Positions 26,662-37,764 of a stretch of DNA of 64,000 bases are shown here, piece after piece; the first letter of the stretch is position 1; the number at the start of each line of letters is the position of its first letter. The notes under the pieces were generated by a model, which saw only the letters and a list, made by a program, of their open reading frames with translations, ran no database searches and was not told the origin of the DNA. This DNA comes from Saccostrea cucullata (taxonomy: Eukaryota). The DNA lies in assembly GCF_032062105.1 (NCBI RefSeq), contig NW_026930396.1, forward strand, positions 186,001 through 250,000, read 5' to 3'. Position numbers and translations under genes: made by a program.

Positions 26662-27704
26662 TTCCACTCTATGGTTTTGAACAAATCAACAATGCGGTGT
26701 CTTTAATATCCTCAGTCTATGACTATTTTTACTTCCTGAATTTCAAGCAACATTTTTATACGGTTAACTGGACGTAGTTTATGTCCATATGTGTATCTGT
26801 ACTTTTAAAATCTAAATGATTACTCACTGAGTAACAAACAAAGGTAATGAGCAGAGTCTTATAATGTTTGTGATTTTTTTTTTCAGAGCACCTGTGCATT
26901 ATTCACTCAAAGTCTTCAAAAACTAACAAAGAATCGACAACCTATCAATACAAATTTGATCCAGTTTCATTGTCAATTTAAACTCTATGTTCAATGTGTT
27001 TTTTAAAACTTCTTTTTCGTGATTTCGGCTGGCTTGTCGGGTACGCTTGCCTTAACGAAGCCCCACATGCTTTTCATCCTATGTAACTCTATCGTACAAA
27101 ATATATTTCCCCCTTCCCATGTGTCTTTCTATACAGTTCTTTATCATTTTATTTATTTGCAGAAATCAATGAACATGAAGTAAATGTTTTCATAGTACAG
27201 ATACATGTATATAGAGTAAACTTACAACTTGAGGTAACAATTGTAACAAATAGCTCATTTTATTGCTAGTTTTTATTTTTTTACTCGCAAGATCTTTTGT
27301 AAATCGTTCGCTGAACTTTAATTATTGTGGGAAATAGGTTGTATTAAGTGTTGAAAGGTCCTATCTATTTGTGCTATTGATTTTAATAAAGTTTTCTTCA
27401 AGAGTTTCAAGTATCCACAACTAAACCACTCCTAGAATATCTTTAGGAATCCAGTATAATTCAGTAAATAATGATAATTTAAATTTGATTTGTTTTGCTG
27501 TGAATATGAAAAACTTGCTAGTATTCAAAACTGCCATATAATTTTGAAGAATATCTTCCTCAGAAAAGATAATAAAGATGGATTTACATTTAAAAAATTA
27601 AATCCAAGCTCCTCTAAAATACTACTGAAATAATGAGTTTTACAAACAAAAACAATGTTGTCACCTGCTTTGTCAAGGGGGACCCGTAAATACTGACCTA
27701 ATTT

Positions 27705-28350
27705 TCTAATTTATATGAAGCAGAATTTGTCCAAAATCTTCTACGTGAAAAGAAGAAAAAACCTGCTATGGCTGCCTTCAACTCGACATTTAAATATATC
27801 GACGACGAATATCAATTAACAATAGTTATTTCCATTCACACGTCGAAACGACATATCTCGGTAAGCTTGAGATAAAAGATACCACAGAGTTTTGCACATC
27901 TGTTTCATATTTGGATATTTTACTTGAAAAAGACGTTAATAGTAATCTAACAACAAAGCTCTATTATAAACGTGATGACTTTAATTTTTCTATCGTCAAC
28001 TTCCCTTACTTATGCAGCAATATACCTTCATCACCCGCATACGGAGTTTATATATCTCAGTTGTTTCAATACGCAAGAGCATACTATACACATGTGAACA
28101 ATTTCTAAAACGAAGTAAATTAGTGACAAATAAGTTGATGAAACAGGTATATCAGCAGTCTCATTTAAAGTCATCTTTTGGATGTTATTACGTCATCCAT
28201 TAGGAATGGAAATCACCATTGTTAATTGACAATACGTCGTCGATATATCTAAATGTCCAGTTGAAGGCCACGACAAGTGTTTTCTTCTTTACACGCATAA
28301 GATTTTGCACAAACTCTGCTTCATATGAATATAAGAAATAGGTCTGCTAA
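27705..28350. mobile_element. Penelope-like RT fragments in inverted arrangement (+ about 27705-28190, - about 28190-28350)
   Basis: + strand LDILLEKDVNSNLTTKLYYKRDDFNFSIVNFPYLCSNIPSSPAYGVYISQL, immediately followed by a reverse-oriented YIDDVLSINN segment. Confidence 0.8.
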
Positions 28351-28633
28351 GTCTTACGCAATTTGATTTATTCTAATAAATATACAAACACTTTCTTAAC
28401 ATAAGTTAAAAATCCTTTTGCCTCACATAAATTTAACAAACTCCGGTGTCGGAGATGGTATACTAGTATTTAGACTGCGAGATTACTTTAAAATTTTATA
28501 AGATGAAATGGACGAGAAGACTTAGTCTCATGTTTCTAAAATAATTTTAATTCTAAAAAAATAATTTTAAATACAGATCATTTAAGAATTATCTAAAATT
28601 AATTTTGTGTGTGTGTTTTAATAGTGAAATAAT

Positions 28634-28790
28634 CAGGCTTGGGGCAAATTACATTGAAAGTAATGCATTACCATTACCATTACTTCAACAATTTGGGCAT
28701 TAAATTACCATTACCATTACTCTATTTTCTTAAAGTAATGCATTACATTACCATTACTTTAGTAAAGTAATGCATTACCATTACTATTAC
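28634..28790. repeat. Clustered (AGTAATG)CATTAC short repeats, probable end of a DNA transposon
   Basis: CAGGCTTGGG start followed by many CATTAC/AGTAATGCATTAC units. The matching other end was not found. Confidence 0.4.
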
Positions 28791-29907
28791 TTTTGGAGGT
28801 TTTTAAAAACAGAATTTTATACAAAACTTTGCGATGTGTTTTTCAAATGCATGTATCCACCCCTTTCAAAACTAAACATGATAATTAAAATTTGATTTCA
28901 AGTTTTTGTATATATTACAATGTCATTAACTTACAATCAAAGAAAGTTCAAAGTTCTGAATTGTCAGTTTTGTAACACATATACAATATCCACTTTTTAT
29001 GTAACTATTGAAGTCATGAAGTAATTTAACTTTTGGGGCACTTTAACCCCTGCCTAAAATATCTAATAATAAAGCATATAGGCTTTTTTGATTAGTACCG
29101 TATGAAAAAAATAAATGCATTGACAAACTTTTTGAAAAAGTAGACAGAATGTACATTTTGATCTGCTAAGCACAGTAAAGCATAGAATGCCTGCATGGCT
29201 TCTATTTTTTTTGGTACAGTGGAATTTTTTCATGGTCAGTACAAGGTAAATCAGCTCAATTAATGTTTTATAAACACAGTCAGGAGAAAAGGACTGGTAA
29301 TTTGGAGCACTTCTCCAAACATTACATTGGTTTAATTGTTACATAACCCAGAGGCCTAGTGTGTTTTGGTGACACTCTACTATTCAAAAGGTAGCAATTA
29401 TCAGTTTACAGTGTACGTTTATTAGTGTATCTCATATGCGATAAAAAAAAAAATCTTTTAAAACTATTTTACATAATTCTTTGAAATCAATTCTTATCTG
29501 GAATAAGTTTGTAAACTTAAATGTAAGGTAGGTGTACTTTCAACAGCTAGAACAAAAAGTGTATTTACATGTAAATAGATACACTCCTGCTAATCGATCA
29601 ATTGCACAACCAGCAGTTGTGTATAACAATCAAAAGAGATCGATTTCCGGTTGTGCATTTGATGCAAATAATTCCAGTACACAGGTTGTAAAAAGACCCG
29701 ATTCAGGCAATAATTGATATTTTTATTAAAATATAAGAATGTGATTCCATGAGCAATTTATTTTTCTTTAATTTTACACTCTCATAAAATGCAGTGATTG
29801 TCGATTAGCGACTATATTTATTTCGAAGTAAGGGCTGGTAGAGCGAAAACGCTGATTGAAAATAGTATTCGACGACTTAAATTGACTCAAATAATTATTT
29901 ACATGTA

Positions 29908-31169
29908 CGAAGGCTGTTCAATAAATAATGTCATTAACTCGATGACATACAACATAGAAATCATATGACATTAAGCTTGACTTTCTCTCATTATTGAATC
30001 TTTAATGAATTGATAACAGTTTATGTAACCACTTTTCATCACAAAGTTTCATTGTGGGAAGCTGGAAATCAAGGGCTATTCTAGACAATGTATTAAAAAT
30101 GAATGGTAAAGAATCAGTAAACCATAAGAGTGAAATTAAACCCTTCATTAAAGCTGCTGTAAAACTTCTAAAGAATTCCAAAGTGATATTTACTGAAATA
30201 TGTGAAATTTACAGCAACCAGCTGTTTTATACACACATTAGCAAGTGGATTTTAATGAACAAAAATGATAAACTAGGCATCAAAAATGGGTACCGTCCTT
30301 GGCTACAAGGATTTACAGCAAGCAATGTACTGTTTGCGAAAATTTATGGGGTAGTTCACAATGTTTTAAAGAAACATTTAACAGTAAAAAAGTTTAATGC
30401 TCAAAGGTCACTCTATGTTGTGAAAAAATAGGAAAAACAACAGCATGTAACAATATCTAAACAATTATTTTTAAAAATCAAAAAATTGTATTTCTCCACA
30501 TTTGTCTGAAATTCAAACAGATAATGAAACTTGAATCAATTGCTTTCAATCCTCAAAACAAATTAACATTAAAAAGATGCACTTGAAAAAACAGCAAAAA
30601 CCTGAGAAGAACAAAGAATTGCAATAGCACAAAAACAGGTTTAAATGCTTCTTAAATATTAGTGGTCTTGTTCAAATTCTTATTCTGGGAGGCAGATCAT
30701 TTTCTGAAGGAGTCTAGAAAGCAAAATTTTGGCAAAAAAATCGAAAGGTTTATTAGAAGAAGGAACCAGAATCGGGAATCCACTACATTGAATTTCTTCA
30801 TGACAGCGTCCAAACCCAAAGGCCATGAAGAGTAAGGAGTTTTGGGGTGAAACAGAACGTTAATGCTTTGTCACTTCAACAATATTCATTAGATCTTTCA
30901 ACCTTTGACTTGTTTTATTTTCCAAACTTGAAAAATCACCTTTCAGAGAAAAAAAAGTACAGGAAATCATAGGATCTGCCATATTCCAGTATACAAAGGG
31001 CCATACTCAAAATGTGTTCTAAAAAAAAATAAAAATTAAATAAAAATGTTACGGACATGTATTTTAATTAAAAGAGAATATTTAATTGAAACCATCAAGA
31101 ATAAATCGTTGAAAAACATTTGATGTTTCTTTCTGAGCATCGATGACATTATTTATTGAACAGCCCTCG
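29908..31169 (+). mobile_element. Degenerate mariner transposon (about 1.26 kb)
   Basis: TIRs TA|CGAAGGCTGTTCAATAAATAATGTCAT and ATGACATTATTTATTGAACAGCCCTCG|TA. Relic HTH in ORF 30054-30431, LHDS (LHDN-like) at about 30797, and YSLDLSTFDL..FPNLK (YSPDLAP.D-like) at about 30883. Confidence 0.88.
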
Positions 31170-32613
31170 TATTTATTGATTATATACCCCGTATGACATT
31201 TCTGTACATATATTAATTTTTTCTCATTTTTCCTTCTTGTTCTTGCTGGTACTTAGACATCTCACACATTTTTTTCATCATTTCCCCCCTTTCTTTATTT
31301 CTTTCTATTTTTTTATACATATTTTGTACGCATCCTTTTCCCTCTAAATGGTTAACTTTCCTTGTTTGTATATCTCCTATATATTCTATTTTTTTTCTAC
31401 AAGAACATCCACTCTATGTCTACCTATCATCTCGCATTATTTCTTTATTTTTGAAATTGTTTTAAAAAATACTTTTAGCCTTTTTTTAAATTTGTTATTG
31501 AATTGAATTGTGTTAAATGTACAACGAAATTGTCACGTCACCCCCTCCCCCTTTAGCAAAAACTTGTTACGTAAAATGAATTGCTCATCTTGTTTTTTTT
31601 TTCTCTCTTTCTCACTTCCGTGATATTGTCCGTTATTTTGTCTCTATCTCCTTTCATGATTGGTTCAAACATATGTTCTTGTTATCAATGCATATATTTT
31701 CTTTTACCATGTTCTTTTGTTCCAAGAATTCTTACTGACTCTTCATTTGTTTATCCCATTTAAATTTTCTTACAGGAACTTTAATATTTGAGAGTGCTGT
31801 AAAGTTTATTTCTGGCATATTTTTTCTTTTGGCATAATCTTTTCTTTGCCAAATTATTATTAACAAAAGAATATATTTATGTTAGAATACAAAGTAACTT
31901 GTAGGTAACTAACCATCTTGAACATCTTGAATGTACCTATTAAGAATCTGATGGATGCAATTTTATGCACTAATTAGTATTTTTTTTATAATTATCTCCC
32001 GGAGAAAAAGTCATCATTAAGTTTTCTTAAACATTGAGTTTATCTCCCGATTTTACATTCTTGAGAGTATAAATGATATGTATCATGCAAGCTTTTTGAG
32101 AGATCTTTGCTGTAATTATGTTAAATGTTTACAGTGTCGCTTCAACAAAATATTTTAAAATGCACAAAAAGACGAATTTCTTCCAAAGTACTAAGTCATT
32201 TAATGTGTAGTATATCTTTTGAGAAAAGTTAAAATTACTGAGTCTTTTAATATTTTTATGTAAAATACATTTTCACTCAAAAATCGTCCTTTCCTTTTGT
32301 ATAGTTTTTTTTTTTATTTATCCCCCCGGATTTTAATGCTTGTTCTCTGCTCGCGCCATCAGAGCGTTTCATGTTTCCCTCTTTAAGCTACTGTGATAGA
32401 TAACTAGGTAACATTTATAGCGAAGATCGTCATTTGTCAAAGATGTCACCCACCATACACATTAATAGCACTTTCTTGTAAGCACTTAAAAAGACAAGAC
32501 AAAATGTACCAATTTCTATGACTTATGTTACGTCTACTAGTGTATTTTAAAAACCAGTTTTTATTAATAAATCATGTACCTATCACTCCAATTGAAAATA
32601 TTTGGAAAAAATG

Positions 32614-32617
<4 letters not shown>

Positions 32618-32667
<50 letters not shown>

Positions 32668-32680
32668 CTCTCTCTCTCTC
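32618..32680. repeat. (TC)n/(TTTC)n microsatellite
   Basis: Directly visible. Confidence 0.95.
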
Positions 32681-32869
32681 AGGAATGGGTTTGTTCAGTT
32701 TTCAAGCGTTTGCAAAGGTTGATATGGAATTTTATTCATGAAAAACTTTTTTAACGTTATGAAACCCAAAATTAAACAGAAAAAGAAAAACATGTAACAA
32801 GTCTTCCTGTCTGTTACTCTTTTCTGTGTCTGGTTTCCCTGTCATTTTCCTTAACTATAACTAATTGAT

Positions 32870-33460
32870 TTTCCGTGGGTACCAACTGAGTCCCCTTTTA
32901 AATAAACCTTTTTGCATTCATATGAAACAAAATATTCAAAATTTTATACATGAGAAGAGGGAAAATTCTTGCTGTGGCCTTCAACTCGACATTTTGAGAA
33001 TCTGGCACACCAGCCTCAACAGGGTTTATATCTCTCAGTTGATTTTATATGCAAGAGCATGCTCTATGTATAAACAGTTTCTAAAATGATCTAAGTTATT
33101 TACAAACAAGCTGATGAAACGGGAATATCAAGAGTCTCAGTAATTGTAAGTCATCAAGTTCTTTGGTCGATACAAGACCTTTTCAGTAAATACAGTCAGT
33201 CTCTAAGTCAAATGCTGACTGAAGATATTCATTCTAATTTTCAGTCAATTATTTACATATCGAATTGTCGACAGATTTTTCTGTTAATTCCCGATCATGA
33301 CAAGGAGCACAGAGAGGGTGTGACCAGTCGGCAAGGGATGCTTACTCCTCCATGGCACCTGATCTCCCCTCTGGTGTTATACAAGTCCCTGTATACTCTG
33401 CTCCCGATTTTTATTGTTTACTGGGCTTGAAATTGAACACCATTTTAATCTCCAAATATT
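32870..33460 (+). mobile_element. Old, internally deleted Penelope-like RT fragment with 3' motif
   Basis: VYISQLILYARACSMYKQFL plus the CGATCATGACAAGGAGCAC...GGCACCTGATC 3' motif. Confidence 0.75.
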
Positions 33461-34749
33461 CAATTAAATAGCTTGAAGCATTAGCTGGACTATCGTATGT
33501 GCATAACACTATTCGAGAGAAGTTCGGAAAGATCAAGGTCATTTGCAATTAGAATGAACGCTAGGTTGGTGTTTTACATATGTAGTCAGTCGTGTTTTTC
33601 GTACATCTTGTCTCATGGTAAAATGTTATAGTTATGGCAAACCAATGATGACAATAATTCAAACATTGTTTTTTTTTTTACTCAAGAACTCGAGAATTTC
33701 AGAATGACTTTTTCATTATTCATATCAAAAACATGTTTTACAGGTTTGAAAACAGGACTGCTTTTTAAAAAATGTGAAAAAATTCTTAGAATTTTTAGAA
33801 AAAATCTTTTGTAAACATATTAGTCAGTTGATTTCCTATAAATGATTTTTAACCAATATGTTTTTTTCTTGTATTCTTGTGAGACAAATACGATAACCTT
33901 TCTAGGCCTTACATACGGACGCTATATTCGGTAATTGATAATTATAACCTTTGATCGTCATTTTTTTTTTTTTTCTTTTTTTTTTTTTGACAAGCTTACC
34001 TTTGATGAGAAACATTCCTGGTCATAAAAGTTCATATATATATTCATTCTTTTCCTTTCGATTTTACTATCTTTTTATTTCTAAATAGTTAACTAGCTTG
34101 GTCCAAGTTAATTATGATTTTTTTCTTTTGTTAGTGAAAAGACTGCTTGTTTCGAATGTTAATAATTCTAATTAAGAAAACTAAAAATTGTTAATGTATT
34201 CAAATAATGTGCAGCTCGGGTTGTGATTAAAAAACATGCAACCTTCATAAATTGTAGATTAGATTTATAGCAGTGTTGTAGCTCTTTTATGAAATTAGAA
34301 TTGAAGGCAAGCAAAATTTATATTAACGTCGATTTTGAATGATTATTTTCGATATTAGGATTGTGGTCTCGCTTGCATTGTTAAGCGCAATTACCTAAAA
34401 TTAACGCATTATATGTTGTTCAAAGAACATTTATAAAGAACATTTATAAATAACAAGTTTCTGATCCCACAAGTATGCAAATTAGACAAAGACACGTCAT
34501 ATATTTTACCTCCCGAGTGATTTGTAGGGAGAGAATACCGGCATTATAAATTGAAATAATTTCATTGTTTTTACAGATTTTCATACGTAAGGGAACGGAA
34601 CTCCTCGGCATTGATACACTAATTGTGATAGATTGTTTGTTCCGTAACACGCCCTTTTTTACCAAGACAGGTTTAATTATTCGCTTGCCAGTAATACACA
34701 TTGCACGACCTAATTCATTACGTGTGTAAAATATCATGAAATTGAGTGG

Positions 34750-35593
34750 TATATAGGAATTAATGAGGAGTTCTTGTTTGGAAAGATACTTGGAATAATG
34801 TATCGTTGGTGTTCGAGAGAACTTAATGACGGTTCCTATACTATATTACATTGATTATATAAACGTATTAAAGAATGTGTTAATATTAACAGGTAAGTTA
34901 CATATATTAATCAATCTTACTTTTTCCATCTAAATCTATTATTGAATATATACATTAACTAATTTTGATAATTTGACAATGATCAATACTAGTATGTTGC
35001 ATGTGTACTAAGAGGTCCTAGATATACAGTTATACTCGTGTATTTATCAATCTCTTGTATCGTATTCATAATCTTTAATCAGAGAGAGAGAGAGAGAGAA
35101 AGAGATCAATGACTGGGACTGGAAATAAGTTCATCGCTCCAGCAGACTAGAACTTTAACAACCGGTTGATGTCAAGTTCATCACCGATTGCTTTAAAGCA
35201 CAATATGTTTTAATATAATTAAGTGATGTCTACTTTCTCTGATTAAAACAATAGATCACACAAATTGAGAAAAATCATGCAAATAAGTATATACTATATG
35301 AGCAATTTCATTTTTTACGTATTTCTAACCTAGATATACACGGCAAATTGAATATTCAAAATGTTCTCCGCAACTATTTTTCGACAGAGAAATATACCGA
35401 AACATACTTTTTTTTCCTCTGCAGTTTCATGGTTCTAATGTAATGAATAAAAAAAACCTTGAAATTTTGGATTGTAGTTTGGCATTGACGAGAGCTCGAT
35501 ATCAAACATATTCTCCTTTGCAGCTCATTGTTAATGGTTCTCTTTTATTTTTCAGAATGTTTTGAATTGGAAGAACTGATTTTTTAAAAAAAA
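34750..35593 (+). promoter_or_regulatory. Putative TATA-like box, non-coding first exon and 5'UTR intron of the glycosyltransferase gene
   Basis: TATATAG at 34750. Consensus donor CAG|GTAAGT at 34892/34893. Polypyrimidine acceptor TCTTTTATTTTTCAG ending at 35555, 38 nt before the ATG. Inferred without transcript data. Confidence 0.5.
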
Positions 35594-37582
35594 ATGAAGA
35601 GGAACAAAAGAGTGTTTATATTCTTTGGAATTTGGATTTTACTTGCCTTCATCGCCATCTTATTAAACGTGTTAAACGTGGATTGGACCAAAACAAACTA
35701 CATAAACGCCATATTCATCATTGTAGTACTGGGTGTTTTACAGGGAAGCGTCATGGAATTCCCCATGCAAACTGTGGCTACATTATTGATAGGTGGAGAA
35801 ACTCGAGACCCACAGAGAGCCAAGTGTGACAGGTTCACTATTCTTTTGAATTACAATCTTCTTGCTCTAAGTAAAGACGAAATTGACGATTGTTTGGATA
35901 ATATGTTCCAAGCTTTTATGGGGAACCTAAGTCATAATGTCTCCGCAGTCCTTGTTAGTGCAACTGGGGCACAAGAACTTAAAGACTATGAAATAGAAGT
36001 TGTACAAAAATACAGATCCCTCATATATGATCACTTATTCCAGGAAGGAGTATCCTTTGCTGAAGAGGATTTTGATTCAATCAATCCTGCACATTTGGAA
36101 CATTTGTGGAAATTATACGAAGATGTGGAGAAATCTGTCTTTATTACAGAGTACTTGCATGATATTTGTGATCGCTTTGCGCGTGAATTTATGGTTATAC
36201 ATCGTGTCAGTCGCGTGTTACGCAAGTGTGGACAGTACCAAGACTTAATGCTTCTATCGGAAGGGGATGACCTGGCTTTTACATACTGCGACAAGGAATT
36301 TTATGGTAGGGATGCTAGACCCTACTCCGAGCCTTTATTCCACGATTCAGAAGACGTGAACAACATTTTTGGTAGAAAGTTTGACTATACTTTAGTGTTG
36401 GACGGTGATACTGGTGTACCAGATGGGTGTGTTTATGAGTTATTGTCCATTGCTGCAGCAAATCCTGAGCGAGGAATCATACAACCTGCCATCAAGCTAT
36501 ATTGCAATGACACAGACACAATTTTCATGCACATAGAAGCAATGAGACAATCTATCTATGAACCCATGACAAATGCAGTGATGGCTTTGCTTGGTCAATC
36601 AGCTTACTTTGGGAAGGCAATGATAAAGAATAAAATATACATAGAGAGAGTGATTGGGACAAGAGAGAATCTAATAGAACGAGTTCCTGTCGATGTTTTG
36701 AGTCATGACACTTTTGAGGCAGCATTGTTGCAACCTTTGTATGCGGGTTCGGCATATCTTCTAGAAGCACCTTCTTTTAATTTTGTTACATGGAACATTA
36801 GAGAAAGACGCTGGAATCGAGGAGAAGTGCTTTTAGCGATGTATTTTTGGAAAAATGCTGTGGGGAGGCTTATGAGATGGATTCAAAAGCAAATGAAAGG
36901 AGATAAGTTTAACCCTACAAAACTTCGTACAGAATCTCATCTCGATTTTGTGAGCAGTTTTATTGCCTATGCCGCCCTTAGACAGATGATGATGAAACCA
37001 TTCTTACTATTTTATGTTCTTATTCACATTAGTGTACATCTTCGATACAGATACGCTTCAATCATAATAGTCATGTTTCTGGTTCTGGTATTTCCAAAAT
37101 TTGCAACGTGTAATAAGAAGAACTATAAATATGTCATTATTGAAACTATCGCATCTATTTTACAATTCACACCAGAGGCAATAGTGGGTTGTGTCCGATT
37201 TGTGAAAGCTGTACAAGCGAATCTTGGTGCTAATGTTAAATGGATTCCTCAGAGGGCGGTAGAAGACGAATTCAGAGCGTCCAATTGCTTTATATCCAGT
37301 CTCAAACATCTTTGGGGATATTCAGTTTTTGCTGTTGTTTGTAGTATAATTATTGCACTATTTGTGGAACAAGCCTTATTATTGTTGGTCATGTTTACCA
37401 CATTATTTTTTCTTCCACTTTACACGGGTGTAACGTCACTTCCTCTGAAAAAAGAGGAAGAACGCCATTTTTACAAAACTAATGTCGAAATTGCTACTGG
37501 TGCTGCACACACTCCTGGAATTTACAGATCAGTTAGAGATTCTGAATTTGTTAACAAAGGTGCAGATTTAGATACTGTGTGA
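35594..37582 (+). CDS. Membrane GT2 glycosyltransferase, OpgH/MdoH-like (glucan biosynthesis glucosyltransferase H; beta-1,2-glucan synthase-like), 662 aa
   Basis: Uninterrupted ORF with 2 N-terminal and several C-terminal hydrophobic helices. Motifs in order: RKCG, VLDGD (DxD), ANPERGIIQ, YFGK, VLSHDTFEAALL, RERRWNRG, WIPQR. These parallel OpgH RKxGN, VLDADS, ANPNAGIIQ, YWGHN, ILSHDFVEAAL, RDRRWCxG and W..QR as recalled. AATAAA at 37718. Confidence 0.85.
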   Translation: MKRNKRVFIFFGIWILLAFIAILLNVLNVDWTKTNYINAIFIIVVLGVLQGSVMEFPMQTVATLLIGGETRDPQRAKCDRFTILLNYNLLALSKDEIDDCLDNMFQAFMGNLSHNVSAVLVSATGAQELKDYEIEVVQKYRSLIYDHLFQEGVSFAEEDFDSINPAHLEHLWKLYEDVEKSVFITEYLHDICDRFAREFMVIHRVSRVLRKCGQYQDLMLLSEGDDLAFTYCDKEFYGRDARPYSEPLFHDSEDVNNIFGRKFDYTLVLDGDTGVPDGCVYELLSIAAANPERGIIQPAIKLYCNDTDTIFMHIEAMRQSIYEPMTNAVMALLGQSAYFGKAMIKNKIYIERVIGTRENLIERVPVDVLSHDTFEAALLQPLYAGSAYLLEAPSFNFVTWNIRERRWNRGEVLLAMYFWKNAVGRLMRWIQKQMKGDKFNPTKLRTESHLDFVSSFIAYAALRQMMMKPFLLFYVLIHISVHLRYRYASIIIVMFLVLVFPKFATCNKKNYKYVIIETIASILQFTPEAIVGCVRFVKAVQANLGANVKWIPQRAVEDEFRASNCFISSLKHLWGYSVFAVVCSIIIALFVEQALLLLVMFTTLFFLPLYTGVTSLPLKKEEERHFYKTNVEIATGAAHTPGIYRSVRDSEFVNKGADLDTV

Positions 37583-37764
37583 TTATTTTATTATACATGT
37601 ATTTCATTACGTTCATTTATGAATATTCATACATCTTTGCCTTCTGTGAGTAATATTTTACTTTTTAAAACAACTTAAAATGTAATTTGTTAACTGTTAG
37701 TATTTTGTGCATAACAAAATAAATGTATTTTAATAGTGTCGTTTTTTTAATTTCTTATTTTTGA

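Noticed and set aside
35594-37582. Chitin, hyaluronan or cellulose synthase, or bacterial contamination
   Set aside because: The protein lacks the GEDR/QRRRW and TED/QxxRW signatures and has LSHD/RERRW instead. It is flanked by host repeats with eukaryotic splice and poly(A) signals.
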